DNA of 64,000 nucleotides from Alphaproteobacteria bacterium (GTDB lineage Bacteria; Pseudomonadota; Alphaproteobacteria; Rs-D84): NCBI GenBank assembly GCA_017463185.1, contig JAFTPS010000013.1, positions 3,826 to 67,825 of the forward strand, read 5' to 3'. Shown piece by piece: positions 55,675 to 64,000 of this stretch (position 1 is its first letter; each line of letters starts with the position of its first letter). The notes under the pieces were generated by a model. It saw only the letters and a program-made list of their open reading frames with translations, ran no database searches and was not told where the DNA came from. The position numbers and the translations under genes were made by a program.

Positions 55675-58600
55675 ATGAAAGCAGATGCACATAAACAGGT
55701 TCAATATCTACGCAATGGGTTGGAACAATTCCTGGCCGATGAAGACAAACATATCGCCAATGGCGCACCGCGCCTGCGTGGCGAACAGTACTTTGCGCTG
55801 GGTGCATTGACCAAGCTGTCTGACACCCAAATTGCGGCCAGTTATTACAAACTGCCCACTGGGTTTGGTAAAACCGTAATGTTTTCATACATGGCCCAGG
55901 CGTATCTGCCCCAGGCACGCGCCAATGGTGACACAAAGAAACTGGTTATATTGGTGCCACGTTTAAATTTGATTAACCAAACCAGCGACAAACTGGACAG
56001 CTTTGCCGGATTTAGTGCATCGGAATTTAGTGGCCGCACCAAGGACACCGATGCAGACATCGTTATTTCAACATACCGTTCATTGGATAAACTGGTAGAA
56101 ACCATTGGGATTGAAAATATCGGCCTAATCTTTGCGGACGAGGCCCACCATGCCACCGGCGACAAGATATCCCAAAACATGATCGATTTAATAAAATCTG
56201 TGCCAACAATTGGATTTACCGCCACCCCATCATACGATACCGATAAATCAGTTGGCAATGTTATGGGAACAGAAATATTTGCAATGACAATCGCCGATGG
56301 CGTACGCAGCGGAATGTTATCGCCGGTCAAAAACACCCTGTATTGTTCCAGCATTGTATACGACCTGGAAAACGCACCTGCAACTAACACCGGCGAATAT
56401 GACTATAACAGTATAACCGGTCAAATTGACACAGACACATTGACCAGTGAAATTGCAGACATATACATCAATGGCGTTGACGAAGACACCGGCCGCCGAT
56501 TTATTGATTGCAAGGCAATGATAAACTGTCCCAACATTGAAATGGCAAAACGCCAGGCCGATGCAATTAACCAACGAGCCGGCCGCATCATCGCACGCGC
56601 ATTTTCATCAGACATGAAAGATTTCGAGATTGAAAAAGCAAAATTCATTGCCGGCGAATACCAGGTTGCATGTCAGGTTAACACCATGACCGAGGGCTTT
56701 GACGACCCCACGGTCAGCCTGTGCATAAACTATCCAACACGTTCCGCCGTTCGTGCCGAACAAGCTGCCGGGCGTGCAATTCGTCTGAATGAATCTGATC
56801 CGCATAAAATCGCATTTGTAATCGATACAATTTTCAGAAAGCACGACAGTGAAACCAGCGACACTGCACTTCAAACCGCACGACACGCAAAACAAGTTTT
56901 GTTCAAGGACATCGCCGGCGGAATGGTATTATTCCCAGAAAATTTCAAGGATGTCATCACACATGGCAAACACCGTCCACACACCCGTGGCAACCACGAA
57001 ACCGTAAAACCATATGAAATCATCACATCAACGGAAACACTGCTGGACCTAAATCGTGTCGATACAGAACGCGCCAAGGAAGAAGAAATACCAGAAAAAA
57101 CCGATGAATGGCTGACTGCTACAGAACTTATGAAATATATTTTGGGTGGCAAGAATAAAATTTTACAAAAACTAATCGCTTTGACCAAAGAGATGCCAGG
57201 CAAGATTGAAACAAGACAATCTGGCAGCAACACCCCTCTGTGTCTGCATATCAGTGCAATTGAAGAATTTAGTCAACTGTCAGGCTTAAAAAGGGTTGGC
57301 AGTATACAGCCAAAGTCGAAAGACTGGTTGACCGCAGACGAACTTCGAAAATATTTCGTAGGTCAATCAGAAAAAATATTAGCAAAACTGCGAGAACTAG
57401 CAGAAAAAATGCCAGACAAAATTCAACAAAGAAAATCCGGAGGTGCAACTCCACTATGTCTACATATTAGCGGAATTGAAGAATTTAGACTTTTATCAGG
57501 CCTTGAAAGAAGAACGGAAATCCAACCAAAGACCAAAGACTGGTTAAACTCAAAAGAGGCAAGCCAATATTTTAAAGCACAACAAATGACCGTTTTGCAA
57601 AAAATGAATGAATTAGCTGAAAAGATGCCAGACAAGATTCAGAAAAGACAATCTGGTTCTCTGACACCACTATGTGTACACATCGGTGCAATCGATGACC
57701 TGGCAAAATATTCGGAATTAGAAAGAAAAGGGAAATTCCCAGCCAAAACAAACGATTGGCTGACAGCAAACGAATTACACATGCACATCAGAGCAAAAGC
57801 CGATAAAATTCTAGAAAAACTCAAAGAATTTGCAAATATGATGCCTGACAAAATCCAACAAAGAGAAATCTCCAACGGCCAGTCTCCTTTATGTCTACAC
57901 ATTAGTGGGTTAGATAAGTTTATACAGCTTTCCGGATTGGAAAAAAGAACCACTATTTCTAAAAAGACAACCGAATGGTTAACTGCTGATGAATTGACCA
58001 ACCATTTTATTGGTGGCGCAGGTAAGATTTTAGGAAAACTACGAGAACTGGCCGCTAAAATGACAAATGAAATTCAAATTATGCAGTCCGGCTCTCGGCG
58101 AGTTCTTTGTCTGCATATTAGTGCTCTGGACAAATTTGCTCAATTATCAAAACTAGAAAGACAAATAAAACTACAAGCAAAGACCAATGACTGGTTAAAT
58201 GCAACAGAGCTAGCCAAATACTTTATAGGTGGCAGAGATAAAATATTAAAAAAACTTGATGAACTAAAAACAATGATGCCAGACAAAATACAAAAAAAAC
58301 AAAACGGATCCCACACGCCCCTATGCCTGCATATCGATGCGCTGGATGAATTTGCACGGCTGTCGGAATTAGAAAAGAGAGTTCCGCAGAAAACAAGCGA
58401 ATGGCTGACTGCAAAAGAATTGACACAATATTTTGTATGCACGCAACCGGCAATAGCAGAAAAACTAGTCGCACTAGCTAAAAAAATGCCAGGTAAAATA
58501 GAAAAAGTACAATCTGGTTCTAAGACCACTCTATGTCTGCACCGAGATGCATTAGATGAATTTGCGCAACTGTCGGGCTTAAAAAGACGTACCGAAGTCA

Positions 58601-58710
58601 CACCAGAAAAGTTCCATGCCGGAACTAAAGTTGTCAAGGCAATGACCCAGATGGCAGAATCCAAGAAACAAACAAAGGATACCATCACCCCCGACAACCA
58701 ATACGAATAA
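55675..58710 (+). CDS. SF2 (DEAH, ResIII-type) helicase fused to seven tandem repeats of about 72 aa
   Basis: LPTGFGKT (motif I), DEAHH (II), GFTATP (III), QAAGRAIR (VI). The C-terminal half is seven copies of K..(D/E)WL(T/N)A.EL..YF.G...IL.KL.ELA.KMPDKIQ.RQSGS.TPLCLHI.A(L/I)(D/E)EF..LS.LE(R/K). Confidence 0.85.
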   Translation: MKADAHKQVQYLRNGLEQFLADEDKHIANGAPRLRGEQYFALGALTKLSDTQIAASYYKLPTGFGKTVMFSYMAQAYLPQARANGDTKKLVILVPRLNLINQTSDKLDSFAGFSASEFSGRTKDTDADIVISTYRSLDKLVETIGIENIGLIFADEAHHATGDKISQNMIDLIKSVPTIGFTATPSYDTDKSVGNVMGTEIFAMTIADGVRSGMLSPVKNTLYCSSIVYDLENAPATNTGEYDYNSITGQIDTDTLTSEIADIYINGVDEDTGRRFIDCKAMINCPNIEMAKRQADAINQRAGRIIARAFSSDMKDFEIEKAKFIAGEYQVACQVNTMTEGFDDPTVSLCINYPTRSAVRAEQAAGRAIRLNESDPHKIAFVIDTIFRKHDSETSDTALQTARHAKQVLFKDIAGGMVLFPENFKDVITHGKHRPHTRGNHETVKPYEIITSTETLLDLNRVDTERAKEEEIPEKTDEWLTATELMKYILGGKNKILQKLIALTKEMPGKIETRQSGSNTPLCLHISAIEEFSQLSGLKRVGSIQPKSKDWLTADELRKYFVGQSEKILAKLRELAEKMPDKIQQRKSGGATPLCLHISGIEEFRLLSGLERRTEIQPKTKDWLNSKEASQYFKAQQMTVLQKMNELAEKMPDKIQKRQSGSLTPLCVHIGAIDDLAKYSELERKGKFPAKTNDWLTANELHMHIRAKADKILEKLKEFANMMPDKIQQREISNGQSPLCLHISGLDKFIQLSGLEKRTTISKKTTEWLTADELTNHFIGGAGKILGKLRELAAKMTNEIQIMQSGSRRVLCLHISALDKFAQLSKLERQIKLQAKTNDWLNATELAKYFIGGRDKILKKLDELKTMMPDKIQKKQNGSHTPLCLHIDALDEFARLSELEKRVPQKTSEWLTAKELTQYFVCTQPAIAEKLVALAKKMPGKIEKVQSGSKTTLCLHRDALDEFAQLSGLKRRTEVTPEKFHAGTKVVKAMTQMAESKKQTKDTITPDNQYE
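57094..58605 (+). repeat. Seven in-frame tandem repeats (periods 216, 216, 216, 219, 216, 210 nt)
   Basis: The conserved Trp codon sits at 57109, 57325, 57541, 57757, 57976, 58192 and 58402. Confidence 0.95.
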
Positions 58711-58711
58711 A

Positions 58712-58738
58712 ACACCGCCCCACCGGGCGGTATTATTC
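58712..58738. terminator. Terminator hairpin between the helicase and the convergent unit
   Basis: ACCGCCCcaccGGGCGGT with AU-rich flanks. Confidence 0.65.
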
Positions 58739-58751
58739 AATTCATAAAGAT

Positions 58752-59003
58752 TTATTTACCTGTCTTTTTGCAGATATACAGCAAATGCGAACTAAATCCC
58801 TGTTGGTCCAGACGTTCACAAGTCGCAAAATGCCATTCCACAAATGCCTGATATTCTTTTTTTGACATTGCCGCAATATCATGGCGCAATCTGGGTGCAA
58901 GTCCATCGGTCGCAACATTGGCAATAAATTTTGTTGGTGTTTTATCGGCCAGTTCTCGTAGTTTCTCAAATATGCTTATTGAGCCACCTCCTAACAACGA
59001 CAC
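58752..59003 (-). other. Orphan inverted copy of one helicase repeat module (small ORF or pseudogene)
   Basis: IFEKLRELADKTPTKFIANVATDGLAPRLRHDIAAM versus the repeat ILAKLRELAEKMPDKIQQRKSGGATPLCLHISGI. Only a GTG start with no SD. Overlaps the 3' end of 58966-60141. Confidence 0.35.
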
Positions 59004-60141
59004 TCGTATTTGAGAAAGGAATCAGTCTAGGTAAAGAATAAACCAGCATCCGCTTAAGTTGATATCTAACAAATCCGCCCCTAGAACGAAAAGCAGCACA
59101 ATATGCTTTTTTATAATAGGGATCAGGAATCATATCTACCTCAGAAATAGCAAAACCACTATCAGCATAAAATTGCCTCAAGTATTTGGTTGGCCCAACG
59201 ATTTGCGGAAATTCCGACCAATGATGAGTTGGCAGCTTCTCCAACGAACAATCAACCAGAATAAAATCGCAGGCCTTTGTTGCACACAATAGATATTGAG
59301 TATCGCTGTTATCCCGATATGGTTTGTTCCTTTTTATCTGAACAACCGTACCACCAGACGGCATAAACAAAGACAAATGCAACGCAGAACCAGCTATACC
59401 AGCCAAACACTTACAATGTCGCATATACGCAACCTGTTCGTCAAAGGACAAGCACTCCGGATAAATAACAGCAAAACCATTAGAGGCAAATATTTGCTGA
59501 ATCTGTTCTTCGCCATATGTGGCCCTGTCTCCTAATTTTAACCTAGAAACATATACCTTGTCATGCCTAATATCAGATGTGATTGCGCTGGCAGCAACAT
59601 CAAATATCTTTCCAAATGACTTGGACGAAGTATTTGGTATCTCAAATGCCACCTCTGGGACATACAATTTGCGAATGCCAACCGATGATGACACAACAAT
59701 AACATCATTCCGATCAATCCCCAACAACGCAAACAACTGATAGACAAAGTCAGATACACCAGGTAAATTACGATTGTTGACAAGAATATATTTCTTTCCC
59801 TGATAACGTTGCCTTAGTAAAGCATATAACCTGGTTGTGTGCTCTAACAGGAAATGTCCAAAATGATCCTCCAGAGTTCCTAAATACACCGCCTCAACAT
59901 CCAAATAATCATTAGCAGTCATAAAGACAGGAGGCGTTTGAATAACCTTATTCCGCTTTTGCCCAGAGCTGGGAACAAACATACCGGCAGAATCAAAAAC
60001 ACCAAACTTATGGTCCGGATCAATTACAATGGTGCAATCAGACAAACTATGAACATTTAATTCATCCAAAAAATGAACTTTTTCAACAGACCTGTTGAAA
60101 AATTTTCTATAACCGTCTGATGCATAAATTACGCTTTTCAT
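58966..60141 (-). CDS. Glycosyltransferase, GT61/DUF563-like
   Basis: 391 aa. LEDHFGHFLLEHTTRLYAL resembles the DUF563 motif. 4-nt overlap with the upstream GT4 gene. Confidence 0.5.
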   Translation of the reverse strand: MKSVIYASDGYRKFFNRSVEKVHFLDELNVHSLSDCTIVIDPDHKFGVFDSAGMFVPSSGQKRNKVIQTPPVFMTANDYLDVEAVYLGTLEDHFGHFLLEHTTRLYALLRQRYQGKKYILVNNRNLPGVSDFVYQLFALLGIDRNDVIVVSSSVGIRKLYVPEVAFEIPNTSSKSFGKIFDVAASAITSDIRHDKVYVSRLKLGDRATYGEEQIQQIFASNGFAVIYPECLSFDEQVAYMRHCKCLAGIAGSALHLSLFMPSGGTVVQIKRNKPYRDNSDTQYLLCATKACDFILVDCSLEKLPTHHWSEFPQIVGPTKYLRQFYADSGFAISEVDMIPDPYYKKAYCAAFRSRGGFVRYQLKRMLVYSLPRLIPFSNTSVVVRRWLNKHI

Positions 60142-61232
60142 ATAACAGACCTATACACACCAATGATTGTATTAACCGCTTTATCCAGATCATATCTATT
60201 ACCAACAGATTTCTGAATATTGGCCGCAAAAGCTTTCTGCAACTCCTTAGATGACAATAGCTTCACTATGGCCCTGGCAAGTTTATCAGTCGAACCACTC
60301 TGAACCAAGATACCCGTGTCTCGACGTACCAACTCTCTTATACCGCCAACGTTTGTGGCCACAATAGGCTTTCCAATCATACCAAGCTCAATAAGAGCGG
60401 TCGGAATACTCTCAAACAATGACGGCTGCACAAAAATATCATGTCTGCCCGCAATGGAACCAGCACCATCCCGAGGATCATATGTTCCAGCAAAAATAAC
60501 ACTATGTTGCAAGCCCAAAGCAGATGCCAAACGTTCAAAATAGGACTTTACACGACCATCACCATACAAATACAACTTTGCTGCCGGAATCGTTGCAACA
60601 ACCATCTTCCATGCAACAAGCAAAACACCAATTCCCTTTTCAGGCGACATTCTTGCTATACAACCAACTGAATAGGGTATTCTGGTCGCTTTCTTATAAA
60701 CAGGAGGTTGAATAAAATGCGGAACAATTTTGACAGGCCCAGAATAACCATGAAAGTCCTTTATACCCTTAGCAGATGTCTTGCACGTAGCAACAAAATA
60801 ACTTACATTAGATAGCAGTTTCTTGAAATCATCCGTATACCAAAATGCAGAATCAGCACATGGTGTGGTATGCTCAGTAGCAACAATTGGAACCTTTGGT
60901 GCTTTTTTATGAGCCAAGAAAGCTTTTAGTAAATTGGCTGCAGGACTGGCATGTATAACATCTGGCGACCACGAAACAAACTCATCAATAAAAGAATCTA
61001 CAAATTCATAATCTACACTACGATCGTCCCTGTCTATGCGATTTCGTGCCGGTTCATATGTCTTTATTCCACAATCAGCCAACCTATCAATCCAGTAAGA
61101 GTTCTGAGTTTTTTCACAAATAAACACCCGAACATCAATGCCACGCTTTTTCAACTCCATCGCCAAAGTGGCATTATAGTATTCAGTGCCACCAAACGAA
61201 TGTAAATAATCACAAAAAATCGCAACCTTCAT
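60138..61232 (-). CDS. Glycosyltransferase family 4
   Basis: ATG at 61232 (MKVAIFCDY). FVQPSLFESIPTALIELGMIGKPIVATNVGGIRELV is the GT4 E-x7-E region. Confidence 0.8.
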   Translation of the reverse strand: MKVAIFCDYLHSFGGTEYYNATLAMELKKRGIDVRVFICEKTQNSYWIDRLADCGIKTYEPARNRIDRDDRSVDYEFVDSFIDEFVSWSPDVIHASPAANLLKAFLAHKKAPKVPIVATEHTTPCADSAFWYTDDFKKLLSNVSYFVATCKTSAKGIKDFHGYSGPVKIVPHFIQPPVYKKATRIPYSVGCIARMSPEKGIGVLLVAWKMVVATIPAAKLYLYGDGRVKSYFERLASALGLQHSVIFAGTYDPRDGAGSIAGRHDIFVQPSLFESIPTALIELGMIGKPIVATNVGGIRELVRRDTGILVQSGSTDKLARAIVKLLSSKELQKAFAANIQKSVGNRYDLDKAVNTIIGVYRSVI

Positions 61233-61344
61233 TATTTTGCCCCTAGCTAGCAATACAATTTTAATAAGAAAAATTCCCACTTGCAATTATTTATACAAAA
61301 AATTGACAAATAAAAAATTGTTGCTATTCTAAAAAGAAACGCAA

Positions 61345-61845
61345 ATGTCAGAAAAGACACTTTTTTTATTAAAACCTGATGCTCTACAGTTGAGCCTTAG
61401 GACCTTGCTCGCTAAAATAGAATTCTACAAACAACTCAAAGCCAACGACCTATCGGTATTGGCAACTGCCAAGTTTGTAATGACTTATGATATGTTAATA
61501 GGATACCAACCTGTCCTGGACCCAAATTTCAAAAGCGAAATGACCACAGATTGGAAAGATATGACCCTAGACTACCAACTGGGAAAAGACCGCCAGGGCC
61601 TAGAACATCTACTGGTCGTTGTTGAGGGATATGATGCGCTGGCAAAGGGACCAACAATCAAAAGACACATTAGAAACAAGTATTGCTCGCCATGGGATAA
61701 ATATGCCCCAGGCAATCTAATACATGCACCAGATGACAATGAAGAATATGAAAAGGCTTTATATTCCTTTGAGTCTGTGCTAAAGTCTAAAAAGGCAATA
61801 ACAGATATGGAAATACTATACAACACAAGGAGAAAAAATGATTAA
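61345..61845 (+). CDS. Divergent nucleoside-diphosphate-kinase-like protein
   Basis: TLFLLKPDAL (compare TFSIIKPNAV), LLVVVEGYDA, NLIHAPDDNEE (compare NGTHGSDS, His conserved). Confidence 0.45.
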   Translation: MSEKTLFLLKPDALQLSLRTLLAKIEFYKQLKANDLSVLATAKFVMTYDMLIGYQPVLDPNFKSEMTTDWKDMTLDYQLGKDRQGLEHLLVVVEGYDALAKGPTIKRHIRNKYCSPWDKYAPGNLIHAPDDNEEYEKALYSFESVLKSKKAITDMEILYNTRRKND

Positions 61846-62308
61846 AGAAGTAAGCTATGCAGCATACATCATCCCTGTTCGCATTCAGGACGGCAAAAAA
61901 CAAATTGCTATTTTGGAATACGCACCAGGCGCATATGGAACAATCGGCGGTCGTTTTGATGATGGGGAAACAACTGCAGAGGCAGCATTAAGACGTGAAT
62001 TAAATGAAGAATTGGGCAAATCATCCGAATTCATGGTTGAATTAGCAGAACAAATGGCAGAACCATACAGATTCAAAGTAGCGGAACACAGAGTAGAAAA
62101 GCGTGGTGCATACAATGAAGCCCACATTTTCTTCGTAGCAAAAGTCCCAAGCGATACAGTTCTAGAATTCTGCGAAGTCCGTGAAGACAATGTAAAGGTT
62201 GTATGGTTGGATTCCGAGGCACTGGTTGATGAAAAAGTAATTGGATTCCCAGACCAACGTGAATATTTCGAAAAACACGTTATGCCAGCAATAAGAAAGA
62301 TAGCATAA
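61838..62308 (+). CDS. NUDIX hydrolase
   Basis: GGRFDDGETTAEAALRRELNEELG is a Nudix box with a one-residue insertion. Confidence 0.8.
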   Translation: MIKEVSYAAYIIPVRIQDGKKQIAILEYAPGAYGTIGGRFDDGETTAEAALRRELNEELGKSSEFMVELAEQMAEPYRFKVAEHRVEKRGAYNEAHIFFVAKVPSDTVLEFCEVREDNVKVVWLDSEALVDEKVIGFPDQREYFEKHVMPAIRKIA

Positions 62309-62310
62309 GC

Positions 62311-63387
62311 ATGAACATACTGATTCACTATTATCGTTTAGGGCATTACATCGGCGGTGCCGAGGTAGTTGCCCTGAATCAGTGTTCAGAAATCCTAAGA
62401 CAAGGCCATAATGTAACAATCCTAACAGCAGACACTGGCCTCCATTCCAAGATATTTGATGAATTCCTAGAAAACAACCCAGGGATAAAGCTTATTGAAC
62501 TGCCACTTGAACAGATTCACAAGACCGGCGACACCTGGATAGATATCGACCTGGAATCATTACAATTTGGCCGATATGCAGCGGAACACTTTTATAAAGA
62601 CAACACCGAGCAATACGATTTAGTCGTAATACACAACAAAACTGATGCATTATATGTCCCCAGCAGATACAAAACGGTAATCCATCTGCATGGAACACCA
62701 ACAAAATTTGACCATCTTATGGAACTTGCACTATACAACGCATCTGGATTACTGGCAGTTTCTGAAAGTGTAAAAGATGGATGGCAACAAAACATAAAGT
62801 CTATCCGAAAAGAGATATCAGTTATCCACAACGGCATAGACACAAGCATATTTAAGAACACCAACCAAAACAGAGATATTGACGTATTATTTGTCGGACG
62901 ACTGTACCCCCACAAAGGAATTCTAGAACTATTACAAGCCACGAAACAACTGAACCTAAAACTGGTTGTTGTTGGGGCCGGACCTCTGGAAGAAGAACTG
63001 GCAAAGCACGATCACGTAACGCATCTAAAAAATTTAGAAACAGAGAAACTAGTAGAGATTTACAACAGAGCAAAGATTTTTGCTTGCCCATCTAGTGCCA
63101 AAGAGGGAGTTCTGACAACAATGCTTGAGGCAGCAATTTGCGGCTGTGCAATAATTACAGCTGATTGCGCTGGTATGGTGGACTTTGCCAAACATATGGA
63201 TAACACCTTACTGGTCCCACCATCTGACCCAAGTTCATTGGCACAAGCAATATCATTACTGATAACCAACGAGGAATTAAGAAAAAAATTGGCAAAAAAG
63301 GCACAAAACGATGCAACCAGCCAATGGAACATCGAGAACCAGACAAACAAACTGTTGGCTTTTTACAAAGAAATATCATGCAAATAA
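62311..63387 (+). CDS. Glycosyltransferase family 4
   Basis: LFVGRLYPHKG...FACPSSAKEGVLTTMLEAAICGCAIITAD. Confidence 0.8.
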   Translation: MNILIHYYRLGHYIGGAEVVALNQCSEILRQGHNVTILTADTGLHSKIFDEFLENNPGIKLIELPLEQIHKTGDTWIDIDLESLQFGRYAAEHFYKDNTEQYDLVVIHNKTDALYVPSRYKTVIHLHGTPTKFDHLMELALYNASGLLAVSESVKDGWQQNIKSIRKEISVIHNGIDTSIFKNTNQNRDIDVLFVGRLYPHKGILELLQATKQLNLKLVVVGAGPLEEELAKHDHVTHLKNLETEKLVEIYNRAKIFACPSSAKEGVLTTMLEAAICGCAIITADCAGMVDFAKHMDNTLLVPPSDPSSLAQAISLLITNEELRKKLAKKAQNDATSQWNIENQTNKLLAFYKEISCK

Positions 63388-64000
63388 AAGTCCAATCTCT
63401 TAAACAATCAATCATCTGTGAGTTACCAAACGAGCTATTTGAACAATGGCACGATTACTATTTCTGGGCAGAATACATACCGGCAGTAAGCATTACTGAA
63501 ACAAAAAGCAAACAAGAACTGATTATTGCCACTGGTAAAAAATTCAAATGGATAGATAATACAATCACTATTACCGGCTCAGAACAAGATATCAGATCAA
63601 CAATTGTGATTATTGGAACGCTACTGGAACAAAAAAGACAAGAAAGCAGACTATATCAAATACACGGTGCAGCAATAGGATATGGCACAAAAGGCATCTT
63701 GCTAATTGGCGGGATGTCCGGACTCGGCAAAACAACTCTTGCCATTGCCCTGCAAAACTCACCCAAATACCAATTTCTGGCCGATGAGAAATTTATCATA
63801 GATGGCAAAAAACATACAATTGTTGCCGGGTGTCCTATATCCAAGGACAACCTTAAAACTGATAAGGCCAGCATTCACCACCGGACGACCAAAAAAGCAG
63901 CAAAAATATCGCTTATTCTGTTTCCCATTATCACAACCGAACCAGAAATAACCGCACACAAATACGACACACTAAAATTATTCTGGCACCTATACGAAGA
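63378..64000 (+). CDS. P-loop protein, HPr-kinase-like, 3' end cut by window edge (not in track)
   Basis: ATG at 63378 overlaps the upstream stop. Open to the window end. YQIHGAAIGYGTKGILLIGGMSGLGKTTLAIAL resembles the HprK-type Walker A context. Confidence 0.4.
   Translation, partial: MQIKVQSLKQSIICELPNELFEQWHDYYFWAEYIPAVSITETKSKQELIIATGKKFKWIDNTITITGSEQDIRSTIVIIGTLLEQKRQESRLYQIHGAAIGYGTKGILLIGGMSGLGKTTLAIALQNSPKYQFLADEKFIIDGKKHTIVAGCPISKDNLKTDKASIHHRTTKKAAKISLILFPIITTEPEITAHKYDTLKLFWHLYE

Noticed and set aside
57094-58605. CRISPR-like or satellite repeat array (regular period of about 216 nt)
   Set aside because: The repeats are in-frame and translated within the helicase ORF, diverge mostly at synonymous or conservative positions, and have no spacer structure. 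They are protein-domain repeats.
47868-59000. Intact integrative element or prophage at tRNA-Gln
   Set aside because: There is no integrase, no structural phage genes and no att-like duplication of the tRNA 3' end in the window, only a truncated alpA-like gene. I report it as a decayed or mosaic island only.

Overview
This window reads as a chromosomal segment of a Gram-negative bacterium. Gene order and protein sequences look proteobacterial, possibly alphaproteobacteria-like, but I cannot prove that here. 1-14 kb holds housekeeping genes (rbfA, lepA, acpP-fabF, an acyl-CoA synthetase, mltG, a beta-barrel OMP, tRNA-Pro). Mixed in are a catalytically degenerate integrase, a four-helix-bundle (23S-IVS-type) gene inside inverted repeats, and a structured RNA ahead of a VirB2-like pilin gene. 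15.5-32.5 kb is the str-S10-spc-alpha ribosomal super-operon, rpsL to rpsK with fusA, tuf and secY. It has long structured spacers, has no gene between secY and rpsM, and ends right after rpsK with no rpoA or rplQ. 32.8-47.7 kb is an accessory envelope and secretome region: a three-gene operon of very Cys-rich secreted proteins ending in a 1098-aa OmpA-anchored mosaic, an ankyrin/subtilase-like/beta-barrel giant, a protein with 31-aa repeats, and a secreted Ntn (choloylglycine-type) hydrolase. Two genes about 30 kb apart share a homologous leader of about 240 nt with attenuator-like alternative pairings. 47.9-64 kb, beside tRNA-Gln, is a mosaic island: decayed mobile-element remnants, tandem YHGS-motif paralogs, GNATs, a SemiSWEET, a kinase-like protein, an HExxH protein, an SF2 helicase carrying seven 72-aa tandem repeats, and a glycosyltransferase cluster. 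I found no rRNA, CRISPR array or intact transposase. Functions come from motif recognition by eye, and no searches were run.
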